DNA from: Setoptus koraiensis
Lineage: Eukaryota > Animalia > Arthropoda
Assembly: GCA_048013815.1 (NCBI GenBank)
Contig: CM106586.1
Coordinates: forward strand, 20,398,001 to 20,462,000
Reading direction: 5' to 3'
Length of the DNA: 64,000 nt
This document shows positions 48,353 through 60,445 of the stretch, piece by piece. The first letter of the stretch is position 1, and the number at the start of each line of letters is the position of its first letter. The notes below the pieces were generated by a model. It did not search any database and was not told where the DNA came from. It saw only the letters and a program-made list of their open reading frames with translations. Position numbers and translations under genes: made by a program.

Positions 48353-48626
48353 AGTGAGTGAGTGTGTGTGTGTGTGTGCGTCTATCAGTTTGTGCGTCTG
48401 ATTGTCTAGATGTGTAAACGGCAGCATCCAGTATAGGGTGGTTCAAGCATAAAAGACAAATTCCATTGTGGAGGCTACAACGCCTTTCTTCATTAACTAC
48501 GTGGAAATGTACAGTGGAGCTTGCGGCGGCACAGATTGTATGAAAGTACCACCGGCATAGCGTCAGATTATACAAAATACATTGCACGCCTAGCAAACTG
48601 AATACAGCCACCAGCGAGCGGCTCAC

Positions 48627-48701
48627 CTGGGCACGTTGCACGATGTGTGCTTGTGTGCCGCACGGCGTGTTTTATACTATGGCGATTAGCTCGGAACCAC
48701 C
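48627..48701 (-). other. Probable 5' untranslated exon of lin-41
   Basis: Strong pyrimidine-rich acceptor (ttccctctctccgttctttctacacctctttatag) and a CAG|gtgagc donor. An acceptor at 47788-47789 lies 15 nt upstream of the lin-41 ATG. Confidence 0.4.
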
Positions 48702-49751
48702 CTATAAAGAGGTGTAGAAAGAACGGAGAGAGGGAAAAAGCTAGATACACATTGTGCACCAGACATGGTTGTCGTCCCCTGTACATTATCAACAGCAACT
48801 ATACTGAATTCTAGCCAAAATGAATGTACATGTACATGTGTGTTTCTAACTAAAATCAGACTGTGTGTTGTGTAGATCGGATCGATGTCTACCTGCTGGT
48901 GTAGGCGATAATTCTTCTCTATTCCTGCTTCTATTCCCATCATGTTAAGGTCATTCTGATCAAGACTTGTTTCCCCGCTTCTCTCTTCCCTACCTGTTCG
49001 CTCGTCTGCCTGCCGTCTACAAGCATTTTAGACGGTCTACAGGTCATAGAATCCACCGGGCAAACTGTTCAGCATGCTCTCGAACTAGAATGAGAATCCC
49101 CTTGTTCAATTTGCAACTGTTACTTTTGAGTTAGCTGACCAGTTTAAAGGGTATAGTAAACAAGAACAGGAGGGGCCACCGCATGTAATCATCATCAACA
49201 ACCCTATCATCAGTTCTCAGGATAGACCTAATCTCGCTGCTAGAGGGAGACACAATCATTCATCTTGACTATTTATCTTCTATCTCATATTGTCTGATGG
49301 ATCGATGCTCATTTCAATCCTTTATCTCATCGCGTATCGTACAGTAGTGTATCTTGACGCTTCCTTTTCTTTTCTCTTGTTGTTCCTCTCTCACTGTAAC
49401 TCTCTTGGCCAGCACCACTATCTGACATTCCAACATGGCCAAATAAAATTCTGCCGGACAGATGAACGATGCTAATTGTTTTCAGCGTTGCTGCTTGCAT
49501 ACTTATGTTCATTGGCCTCACATGTATTAATAACACCGGTTTGCGCTAGCTTCTCATATCAATTGGTAGAACCCTTCAATGATGTTGCCTTACATTGTGT
49601 GTGATGCTTCGTGATCATTGGGCATCTGTTGCATGCACAGAAGTAAAAGTCGTTCCTGCACACTGTGCATGTATGTGTGCGTGAGTATCGCTATTTCTCA
49701 CTTGACCATAACATTTACAAATAATAACACACCCACAGATGGCGCTGAGCA

Positions 49752-49763
49752 TTGGCGCCAAAA
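49752..49763. promoter_or_regulatory. E2F-type site in the divergent lin-41/MCM3 promoter region
   Basis: TTGGCGCCAAAA (TTTTGGCGCCAA on the minus strand) matches TTTSSCGC and lies ~310 bp upstream of the MCM3 ATG. MCM genes are established E2F targets. Confidence 0.55.
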
Positions 49764-50069
49764 CTTCGTAGGACTCCTTTGTCCCAGCACACACTCTGGC
49801 TGCGGACTGAGCTGAAAAATTCTGACAGTCTGGTAGTACCACTTGGTCCTTGCTTTTTCAGTTTAATTTCCAAAAGGACAGTGCTGTCCCAGACCAATTT
49901 CCATTCATTTAAAGTAGTTTTAAATTTCGATATTTTTTTTTGTATCAACTTTTAAAATAGAAATTCTACAAAATATATTTCATTCTTTCATTCAGTATTA
50001 TTATTCACAACATCTTTTAGCGAAGGCTTTTAAAAATTTACACACATTTCATTTAAATATAACATCACA

Positions 50070-52484
50070 ATGGACGTCGTCGAGTTGAGAGCTCGCGAAC
50101 TTGAATTGGAGTACCGAAGCTTCTTGGATGACGAGGCCGGAGAGGGACTTTACAAGTCAAAGGTGGAACATATGATTAAGAAGGAACAAATTAGGCTTGT
50201 TGTCAAAATCAACGACATTAGAAAGAATCCAAACTTTAAAGCCCGATCTCAAGGATTAATTGAAAATTCCGTCGAAGAACTGGTTGCATTCCAGCGCGCC
50301 TTAAAAGAGTACGTGATATCCTTAAACCCAACTTATGGAAGAAGCAAATTTGAGTTTCACATTGGCCTCAATGGTAGCTTTGGTTCAAGGCATGTCACAC
50401 CTAGAACATTGACATCGCGATTCCTCAACAATACTGTTTGTGTCGAAGGTATTGTCAGTAAGGTGAGTCTTGTAAGACCCAAAATACTCAAATCAGTGCA
50501 TTATTGTTCCGCTACCAAAAAGACAATGGAAAGGCGCCACTACGATCTGTCGTCATTGGAATACCACCCGTCAAGTAGCATTATGCCCACCAAAGATGAA
50601 GATGGCAACTTTTTAGAGCTAGAATATGGACTATGTCTATACAAAGATCATCAAACCCTCACTCTACAAGAGATGCCCGAGATGGCACCGGCTGGACAAT
50701 TACCACGATGTGTTGATGTGATGCTCGAACATGATTTAGTTGACTCGTGCAAACCTGGCGATCGAGTACAAATTGTCGGAAGTTATCGATGCCTACCTAA
50801 CAAACAAGGTAACTTCAGTAATTGCGTTTTCAGGACTGTCGTTTTAGGAAACTATGTTGAACTTTTATCCAAGGAGGTATCAATGATGGTTACCGAAGAA
50901 GATCTCAAAGCATGCCAAAAACTATCTAGAGCTAAGCGATTCAACATTTTTGAAAGACTTTCTGAGTCATTGGCACCCTCAATTTATGGACATTCATACG
51001 TCAAGAAAGCCATTTTGTGCATGTTGCTTGGTGGTGTGGAAAAGAAGCTACCCAATGGTACAAGACTGAGAGGCGATATAAACATTCTTTTAATTGGTGA
51101 CCCGTCAGTTGCAAAATCTCAACTACTTCGTTTCGTTCTAGGCTGCGCACCTCGAGCAATCGCAACTACAGGAAGAGGTTCATCCGGTGTCGGTCTTACC
51201 GCTGCAGTAACAACCGACCCAGATACCGGTGACAGAAGACTCGAGGCAGGTGCTATGGTTTTAGCAGACCGTGGTGTAGTTTGTGTTGATGAATTTGACA
51301 AAATGTCAGACATAGATAGAACAGCTATACATGAAGTTATGGAACAAGGTAGAGTCACTATATGCAAGGCTGGTATTCAAGCTCGTCTCAATGCCCGTTG
51401 CAGTGTATTGGCTGCTGCTAATCCGGTCTGTGGTAATTATGATCGCTACAGGCCACCTATGGAAAATATTGGTATGCAAGATTCCCTTCTGTCTCGTTTT
51501 GACTTGCTGTTTATCATGTTGGATGAACACAATCGTGGCGATGACGCTAAAATATCCGAACACGTCATACGAATTCACAGATACCGTCCCCGTAATGAAT
51601 TAGACGGTGAACCAACTCTGATCAACTCGACCGCTAGCTTTTTGACGACCATGCAAGCTGAAAATGATGAAAATGAGGCTTCAGAAATTTTCGAAAGGCA
51701 CAACCCTCTCCTCCATGGTCCTCAATCTATCAAAGAAAAGTATTTTACTATAGACTTCATGAGAAAGTACATTCACATTGCCAAATTAGTCAAGCCAGTG
51801 TTAACTGAGGAAGCTTGCTTGATGATCGGTGAACATTATTCCAATTTGCGTAAAATTGATATTGGCATTGCTGATCTAGCTAAAACTCAGCCAATTACAG
51901 CACGTACACTTGAGACTCTCATCCGTTTGGCTACAGCTCACGCGAAAGCGAGATTGAGTAAAGTAGTAAACACGGAGGACGCAGCTGCTGCAATTAATCT
52001 AGTACAGCATTCAGTTTATCACAAAGTTCTGAGCAAACCGAAAGTTAAGACTGTGAAACGCAAGAAACAAGAGGGAGGCGATGGTGACGAAGATGAAAGT
52101 GAAGTTGAACTTGATGGCGCTGATGAAGACGCCACATTAGATAAAAGAAAGAAACAAAAAAAAACAGACGGTGATCAACCTGAGGAAGAGGAAGTTATGG
52201 ATGTTGGTGAAGAAGCTTTAGCTGAGGACGAAAATGTTCCTAAAATCACAGAATTAACAGATGAGGAGCGTTCGGCCATCAAAGCTAAGTTACCTAAATT
52301 CCAAGAACTTCTCAATGATATCTCAAGGAAAGCTCATGGCGCTACAATTCTTGATCTCGATATGGTATACAGCCAAGCTCAAGAAAATCTAAGCACACCA
52401 CGATCTGAAATTGACATATTGCTTGCCTTAATGATGGAAAAGGATACCATTATGCTTGATGGAAACTCCATCTACTTGGTCTAG
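50070..52484 (+). CDS. MCM3: DNA replication licensing factor MCM3, intronless (804 aa)
   Basis: MCM3-specific Walker [13 protein letters not shown], Walker [10 protein letters not shown], arginine finger [15 protein letters not shown], and an acidic C-terminal region. Confidence 0.97.
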   Translation: MDVVELRARELELEYRSFLDDEAGEGLYKSKVEHMIKKEQIRLVVKINDIRKNPNFKARSQGLIENSVEELVAFQRALKEYVISLNPTYGRSKFEFHIGLNGSFGSRHVTPRTLTSRFLNNTVCVEGIVSKVSLVRPKILKSVHYCSATKKTMERRHYDLSSLEYHPSSSIMPTKDEDGNFLELEYGLCLYKDHQTLTLQEMPEMAPAGQLPRCVDVMLEHDLVDSCKPGDRVQIVGSYRCLPNKQGNFSNCVFRTVVLGNYVELLSKEVSMMVTEEDLKACQKLSRAKRFNIFERLSESLAPSIYGHSYVKKAILCMLLGGVEKKLPNGTRLRGDINILLIGDPSVAKSQLLRFVLGCAPRAIATTGRGSSGVGLTAAVTTDPDTGDRRLEAGAMVLADRGVVCVDEFDKMSDIDRTAIHEVMEQGRVTICKAGIQARLNARCSVLAAANPVCGNYDRYRPPMENIGMQDSLLSRFDLLFIMLDEHNRGDDAKISEHVIRIHRYRPRNELDGEPTLINSTASFLTTMQAENDENEASEIFERHNPLLHGPQSIKEKYFTIDFMRKYIHIAKLVKPVLTEEACLMIGEHYSNLRKIDIGIADLAKTQPITARTLETLIRLATAHAKARLSKVVNTEDAAAAINLVQHSVYHKVLSKPKVKTVKRKKQEGGDGDEDESEVELDGADEDATLDKRKKQKKTDGDQPEEEEVMDVGEEALAEDENVPKITELTDEERSAIKAKLPKFQELLNDISRKAHGATILDLDMVYSQAQENLSTPRSEIDILLALMMEKDTIMLDGNSIYLV

Positions 52485-54377
52485 ACCAACCTACCTCTTA
52501 ACTATTATGTTAGAGTTGGAGGGCGAGGTCGCTTCATGGATATGTAAAATGAATTACCCCACGACGTTTTAAACTAAAAATATCAATTATACAAATAAAA
52601 GAAATTTGTCCATATGAAACATTTAAAAGTGTTGCCTTGATATCTTGTTTCTATTGAACTGAGCACACCTGCAGTCGTCCAGACCATGTTCCAACTTCTT
52701 GATAGATGATTCAACCACCCCCTATACAAGTTGAATGAGTTGTCACAACTTTAATGATGCGCAATTTTGTTCCCGTTGCTTCAGTTTATTTGCTGGCTCC
52801 GCAAAGTAACTTAAACCCAGATATACCCTAGAATACCCGAAACAACTAACGAAATTTTGGCGGTCACACTGCATAACGACCACTGGTACTTACCGAATAT
52901 CGCCATCAACTCAAGTTCATATTTCATCATCATAGTGTTTTATTTTTCAAACATATATACTATTTGGCCGAAGTATCTATGAAAACTACGTTTGAGATTC
53001 TCGATAATTTTATCCGATTTTCATTACATGTAATTGTTATGTTATAAAGTTTTCGCTTTCCGACCAGTCTTACCACTCTTTTATGTGCCAGTTGGAACAA
53101 TAGAAACGAGGCTAGCCTATTATAGACTATTTGCCTAGTTACAAAAGTTTCGGACCATTGGATGTCTTTAGGTTGTGAGTGAAGGCTATTCTTAGCTCAC
53201 GGTGACATTCGCGTTATTCCAGACAATTACTCAATGATACATACATACATGGTAAGCAACAAGCTAATAATACCAAACGATACTGGTAACGTGTTTTGTT
53301 TGCGAATGAATTCCTAGTGTGTCTAGACCATTGTTTTGCTTACGCCGGAATCAGAAAATATTTAGTCTGAAACAACTTCTCTTGGACACCATAAAGGAAG
53401 TTGCTATTTCAGATAATTCAACAGATGAAAATTGAACCAATTGTTCACCAATTCAATCGCAAATTCAATTTAAATTATTCCTTATCATCGTCTTAGCCTT
53501 TTTTGCCGTATGCACGTCTATGTGTATATCTAACAACCCTATCTAGTAACTCTCAATCCAGTTGCTCGAGCCGAAAAAGCGAATAAAAACAAGCGCCATT
53601 TTATCTACTTATAAGTAGATAAGATAGCGGTAAGATCGATTAATCGACAAGCGAAAATTTAATACCAACAATTACATGTCATAGAAATCAAATAAAATTC
53701 TCTAGAATCGCAAATATTTATGCCCAGAGTGACTACTTTTCTTCTCATATCAATGCAGTTGCATCAGAGGTATATGTGCAAAGTGGGGCCTATGCAGATA
53801 ACCTTCCTTGACGACTGAACTCTTGTGATATTACTAAAGAATGCAAATCATGTGTGATCTTCGCAAAAACACACAGTTGAACGCATACATTTGAGGTGAT
53901 ATTTTCATAAATTTCGGTAATCAAGGTCGAGAAGTATATGGCTCACATGGCCAAACGACCCCACCATGCCTGAGCCTCATCTAGCTTTACCTTTGGTGTT
54001 CGCAGCTACTGGTCTAATGGCTCTGCAGATGTATAAACTTGATATTCTCGCTAATTGTTCTCGAATTCGAAATGAGTTTTGTGGTCGTACAAGCAAAAAC
54101 AGTTGGCATGACTCTTCGATATCTCTGTTTCTAGCATCTGGTACTATTTTACACACGATTCTCGCGATTCTCGGAAGATGTGAATTGTTGCCCGGGAATG
54201 TGGCATAAAAGTTGAAAAATCTCATCTCAAAATAATTAAACAAGTATGCATATATACTAGTTGCATAGGGTGTCTGAAATGATATGATTTTATAGATATA
54301 TTATTTCCTGCTGCATGATTTAGATTGCTTATTTTTTAGAAACTGATTCATAACGATCCAACTACGACAGGCCTGAC

Positions 54378-54829
54378 TCAACTTCGACCAAGTTTGTAAT
54401 TCAATTTCTTGAAAGCATTCACTAAGCTAGGTTCTATAAGTCGAACTCCATTAAGCTGGTTTCCTAGAGTGATCCAATTAGGCTGAACATTGTGTGGTCG
54501 TCCAAACAATTCAATTTTACGAGTGCCAGGAGATAAGCGTTCAATGATTCCATATATCTCATCTGGCTTATGGCTTGTTGCTCTCACTTCAGCTACAATT
54601 ACGTCGCAATCTAATCCTCGATTGATGTCTTTGGGATTACCTTTTATGCCAACCAAACAATGCTCCTTGCCATGATTCAGCCAATGACCCGTCCTGCCTG
54701 TCCTTATGATCCTCTGCAATTGATTTGTTTTGACCCAAATGATTTCATCGCATCTTTCGTAGCCCCAAAGAGCGAGACATTCTCTTCCAAGCTCCATCGC
54801 TCTACCGGTGACCCATAAGAAAATGATAC
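54378..54829 (-). CDS. METTL3: m6A methyltransferase catalytic subunit METTL3 (MT-A70), 3' part only; the 5' part is lost in the gap
   Basis: [16 protein letters not shown]...[30 protein letters not shown]...[41 protein letters not shown] is the METTL3 C-terminal signature. Confidence 0.95.
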
Positions 54830-55329
54830 NNNNNNNNNNNNNNNNNNNNNNNNNNNNNNNNNNNNNNNNNNNNNNNNNNNNNNNNNNNNNNNNNNNNNNN
54901 NNNNNNNNNNNNNNNNNNNNNNNNNNNNNNNNNNNNNNNNNNNNNNNNNNNNNNNNNNNNNNNNNNNNNNNNNNNNNNNNNNNNNNNNNNNNNNNNNNNN
55001 NNNNNNNNNNNNNNNNNNNNNNNNNNNNNNNNNNNNNNNNNNNNNNNNNNNNNNNNNNNNNNNNNNNNNNNNNNNNNNNNNNNNNNNNNNNNNNNNNNNN
55101 NNNNNNNNNNNNNNNNNNNNNNNNNNNNNNNNNNNNNNNNNNNNNNNNNNNNNNNNNNNNNNNNNNNNNNNNNNNNNNNNNNNNNNNNNNNNNNNNNNNN
55201 NNNNNNNNNNNNNNNNNNNNNNNNNNNNNNNNNNNNNNNNNNNNNNNNNNNNNNNNNNNNNNNNNNNNNNNNNNNNNNNNNNNNNNNNNNNNNNNNNNNN
55301 NNNNNNNNNNNNNNNNNNNNNNNNNNNNN
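54830..55329. other. Assembly gap (exactly 500 N, probably a placeholder length)
   Basis: Run of N bases. Confidence 1.
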
Positions 55330-56921
55330 CACATCTACTGCAATCAATGTGTAACTTGATCGGCTAGGCGAGCATATTGCGCTGTATTTTGGATCAAACA
55401 CAAAAGTAATGATATGTAGATACGGTCTTTAATAGTGGAAAAACTTTTGTGAGATATTTATTGTAGTGTATCAGCAGAACTTGTTGCCAACTTCATTTCA
55501 TCGGGCCCAAGAGTCATAATCCCCAATAAAACATACAAAAGTATTCTTACGATGGAGGGAGCCATCTCTTACAATCTCTTGAGCTATCTGCCTGCTTGCC
55601 TATTCGATTGTTATGTGAAAGTCTTTCCGTCGACAAATCAACCCACTGTTCAGAGTCGAGATTTCGTACTAAGAGTTTTCATTGGTAATCCGATATACTC
55701 CATATAGGCAGCTAATCCACTCACAGCCGGTGTCCAAAACTATTGCCCCAAGTCGACCAATCAGCCAATCAGCCAAAACAAACCAGTCGTCTTGTCTCTG
55801 TCAGAATGAGGCGATCATCCCCGTATCCATATTTCCTCATATTTGATATACCGTAGCGCGTGCATCGTCAGACGAACTGAAATGAAACTATCGGTCAGTA
55901 GTCAGTACACGAGCCCTTCATAAAGCCCTCGAGCTGTATTGACAAAAAAACGGCAGCAGATTCACTCTATCAGCTCTTGTGAGTACCGCTGTGACCGAAA
56001 ATTGTTTATGTGACCACCTAGCGAACAATGGCACCTAGCGAAGCGATACTGAAACAGATAATTGAAGAATTCGATCAATAGTTCCTGGAGGACTTGAGGA
56101 AATGCACTTGATCAACGACGCTCACCGTGAACGATTTCATATTGTTAGCTCATAAATTTCCAGAATTGAAACATTCATCGAGTAAAATGGTGACATCACT
56201 TCAATAACAATTATGGGACAGAATGAGTCGGTCAGAAAATTTTTTCAACAATATTAAAATTCAGTTTATCAGGAAATAAAACAAGAATTTGTAAGTTTCT
56301 GACGTGACGTTTTGGCGGCCCCAATCGTGAGTTGTGCCGGCTTCAAAAATGTAGTTCATTGCACTTATTGTAGGTGGCGTTCAGGTGCGATTGTCCTGAA
56401 AATGGAGCACTGGCACAGTTGCGCCGAGTGACCATCGACAGCGGCACACAAGCAAGCAAACATTTTTGTTTTTATTTTGTGTTTATTTTCATCGAATGAG
56501 ATTTTTCTTTTTGCAAATCGGATTTATCAAGATATACACGCAATACTCTACATAGATATCTCTTAAATTTATTTGTACTTGATCAGTAGTTACGACTCAA
56601 TCATTTAAATCGCACCCAAGATAGCTTGGCGTGTATATCGCCACTTTTAACATTATCTTTTGATATTACATTGTTATCGATAGGGCCTTGTACTCGCTAA
56701 ACAGAGACATTGAACCAAAATATTGTCGTTGCCGTCATTATATAAGAATGTTGTAACATCAACAGTACAACTATTATTATTATTATATCACAGTACAATT
56801 ATATTTACAAGTATTACATTGTTATTGGCAGTACTCATTTCGACGGCAAGCCAACACATTAACTAGCTTTGATGTATTCCTACGGGCCATCAATAGACGG
56901 ACATTCGCAGCTCACAGGCTC

Positions 56922-58505
56922 ATGGAGCCCTACTCTCAGACACCTCTAAATCTGGCTCTGAGAAGCGAGAGAAAAGCCGAGGAATTCATAAAAACCTGGC
57001 GCTTCAATCATGCTGCACACTATTATCAAAAGGCCGCCGGTAATTATCTCAACCTATCTAACCACGACCTACACTACACTTTAATAGTCCTTGAGACACA
57101 CTAATAATACTAATAATAATATCACCATTATAAATCTGTAAAATTGTTTGTGTACATTCCCCCCCCTCAAAAATCCACAGAGAACGTAACTAAGGCACTA
57201 GAGGAGGAAAAGGCCAACAATTTGGTGCCCAATTCAATATTAGAAAGTCTGGAGGAACAGAGGAAATTCTATCTGTACCAAGAGCGTATTTGTCACAATC
57301 GTCGCTCGCACGTCGGGCATCTATTCAAAGACAAGGGTCAACTATCATACAATTTAAGCAAACAAGCGGAACAATTTGCCCAGGCACACAGTCTTCTTAT
57401 CCGTTCGCAAAATCATCTACAGCAACAACAACAACAACTGTCGGAACAACAACCGTCGGAACAACGACTGCCGGTAGGCCAAACCTCGACTCGAATAGAC
57501 GACACAGATAGATTGGAAAGGGAACGAGCGGAAGAGACTGAACAGCACGACGAGACAACAAGAGACACCACGAGACTATTAGCGGACGCTATAGATTCTT
57601 ATGAGATTTCACAAAATTTCGACAACAAACTGAGAATAGCAGACTGTGAACAAGACGGCAAAAGTAAGAGAAAAACTAGACAAGAGAAAAACACTTATAA
57701 TATTACATCTAACCCATTGTGTGATCATCATATTGAGTCAGACAGTATCAGCAGCACTATTGCACCCACTACTTCAACCGCGTTAGTACTGAGACCGCCG
57801 GAATCTTCGTTTGCCGTAATGGCCAAATCAACACTTTATCATAATCAGTATAATAACGCCGCCCGTGCGAACAACAAACAAACGAATCCCGCGATGGAAC
57901 CCTTCAAAGAAGAAGACGATCCGGAAGACTATGATCTAGGTGACAAATTCAATGAGGGCTCCATCGCTTATCGGAATTTGTTGTACGAAATCAACAGACT
58001 ATTCAGTGAGCACAATACTCTTCTTGATAATCTTGGTACAACTCTTAATGGTCAGCAACAGCAACAACAGCAGCAACAACAACGACAATCAAGGCAATCA
58101 ACACAAGAGGGCAACAACAGTGAACTACTCATTCATCGGCCGATGCAACAAACAACAACAACGATGCAATTCTCAAGTGATACTGACAACAAAAAATCAT
58201 TGCTGGATAATAAGATTGGCGATAATAGCGGCGTGATACCGATGACATCGCCTCAACACTCAAACAGCGAATGGAAAGGAGAAATAAATGATCAAAAATT
58301 CAGTGATACATTGAACAAACTCAGATGGAATCAAAGTAAGTTGCGCAATATTATTAGTGACTTGGTTCAACAGTTGGAGAAGACAAGTGAGGACAATGAG
58401 CGCCTTAGATGCCAAATAATGACACAACGAAACAGGCCAAGCTCAAGCCGATCGGATCAATTGTGTCACCTGCCACCATTAGAACCACCAACTCTCCAGT
58501 ATTGA
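56922..58505 (+). CDS. NRBF2: Nuclear receptor-binding factor 2 (Atg38-like PI3K complex I subunit); exons 56922-57039, 57181-58505 (480 aa)
   Basis: N-terminal MIT-like PLNLA...AAHYYQKAA|E...SLEEQR, C-terminal coiled coil LRNIISDLVQQLEKTSEDNERLR and an LPPLEPP end. The intron is phase-1 gtaatt...ccacag. Confidence 0.8.
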
Positions 58506-58752
58506 TTAGCCAATTGTGTTACCTGTTGTTCGCTTGATTAGTTTACCCAGAGTTAAATATACTAAATCGGTCTTGTCACCAATCTTCACACGGAGGCCTA
58601 TTTATCTGATCTAATTATTCGGTTTTAATTTGCGATTATCAACTCATCCGAAAGAACATTTTAGGACCAGGCCATCAAATACCATCTAAGTGGTCGTCTC
58701 TTGGATCTTCTTGGGTTCTTTTTCTTTCCAGCTCTCTCAAACTTGATGTCTT

Positions 58753-59079
58753 CTAGGGACCTATGCGTATAGCGAACTGTGTTATCAGGTGGCATTCGAG
58801 CTGAACTCTCTTCGAAGTAACCTGTTGGCCAGATTTTATCATCGACTGGACGATCCTTTCAATTTTGATTATTTGTGGTCGAGTTATCTCGGGTGGACGT
58901 CCCGTTAGATTGTTGTTCTTGTTGCTGATGTCGATAACAGCACATTCGAAAGTACGTCTGATCTCCTCTGATCTGTAGCTACACAGATCCCTCATAATTG
59001 AATCCCTGAAATCTTTCAAACGAATCTCACTAATTTTCTCACTGTATGTTGGTGTGCAAAAATAAACTAGAAATTTCCA
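58753..59079 (-). CDS. Candidate exon of an unidentified small helical-domain protein
   Basis: Open non-repetitive frame (SEKISEIRLKDFRDSIMRDL...TGRPPEITRPQIIKIERIVQSMIKSGQQVTSKRVQ) with nearby good splice sites. I could not build a clean gene model. Confidence 0.35.
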   Translation of the reverse strand, partial: WKFLVYFCTPTYSEKISEIRLKDFRDSIMRDLCSYRSEEIRRTFECAVIDISNKNNNLTGRPPEITRPQIIKIERIVQSMIKSGQQVTSKRVQLECHLITQFAIRIGP

Positions 59080-59404
59080 GCAAAGCAGGCGTTGCCGCTA
59101 GCGAATTAGTATAATTTGCGTTCCCCAGAAGGCTCACAATCAGTTCATAAGCCATTCGGGACACAAAGGCTTTGACAATTTCTACAGAAGGAAAAATAAA
59201 TGCCCTACAGGTTTGCTGCGTATGTCTTTCTATCGACAAGGGATATTTTTGCGCGAGAGGCGATTGTTTGAGGGTTATTATTAAAATAAACCGGGGACAC
59301 ATTTACATACAAAGAACAGCGGATAATTTTTACAAGGCATCGAGTCTTTGCGTATAGATTGTTGATGAAGTCGAATGTGGTTCTGGTGCGGCGACAAAAG
59401 CACC

Positions 59405-60445
59405 CTACTGATAGGCGCTAGAGTGATGTATGGGCACGGGCATTGGTGGGTGTTGTTGTTGTAACGCTGACATCATTGAAGATTTTCTGTAGTTGTTGTT
59501 GTTGTATTGATCCGTGATAAATGTCGGATTTGATTCACCTTTTCCAATCAACGATGAGCCACTGTTCATTTGGTAGGGTTCTGGCAGTAGCTTTGCGTAA
59601 CGCGTTCCCAAAACAAAGGCCAATATGGATAGAACGCCGCAGTCGACTACGCCAATAATGGCCAAAATGTAGGCCCACCTGATGCTGCATTGTCCAACAT
59701 TGTAACTTCCGGCTTCGTTTCCGCACACCTCTTTGACGGCGGCCGAGTCCCAGCCAGCGGGGAATATGAGCACGCCGGATAACAGGCAAATGGCTGTTGT
59801 TTGCAATGATGTGTGTCGTTGGTCGTTGCGACAAATTTGTGCAGAGGGAGAGATGGTTGAAATTCAAATTTCGGTTAGTCTATGTCGGAGATTTGTCATT
59901 TGGCAAACAATCATTTGGCAAACGATCATTTGGCCAATAATCATTGAGTATGCGTGAAAATTGAGTGCGAGCGTCGACTTACCACACGAGAACTGGAGCC
60001 AGCCGCAAATGTGAAATACTGTGGATGAGTGAGCAAAAAAGAATAGCAACATGGCCAATATGCACAATAGGATGAGAAAGGTGGATAGGGCAACAAATAT
60101 TGTGGACACTTTGAAGGCCGGCGTCAATATCGACGATAAATCATTTAGTTTGCCCTGGCACAACAGATCTTGGCCGTCCTGCAATAGCCGGCACGATTTC
60201 CACAGACCGAAATAGCCGGTGCCCTTGGATAGTTCCGTGTCGCCTAGCCATTGTGGTTGAACAAAAACAATAACATTTATTATGGCGAATGACATGGTGA
60301 ACACTGACCAGAGTACCCCAATGGATCTTGATTTGATGTAGTTGGTTTGCAAATTCAAATAGTTGATGTCGGTGAGCGAGGGGTCCGTGCTGGCAGCAGC
60401 GGCGGCCGCCGCCACCAGGGCCATCGATTTGTTGGGATCCATCAT
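59405..60445 (-). CDS. Tmhs: LHFPL/TMHS tetraspan membrane protein; exons 59983-60445, 59405-59793 (283 aa)
   Basis: SRSIGVLW...QPQWLGDT...GYFGLW.SC, STVFHICGWLQ|AICL...FPAGWDS..VKEVCG..A..Y..G.CSIRWAYILAII are LHFPL3/4/5 family motifs. The gtaagt intron is phase 1. Confidence 0.93.

Noticed and set aside
52811-52933. Spliced 18-24 aa hydrophobic micropeptide on the minus strand
   Set aside because: It needs a 48- or 66-nt intron, and peptides this short arise by chance. There is no supporting homology.
55330-56900. 5' part of METTL3 beyond the gap
   Set aside because: No CCCH fingers or DPPW motif appear in any minus frame I read, so the true gap is probably larger than 500 bp.
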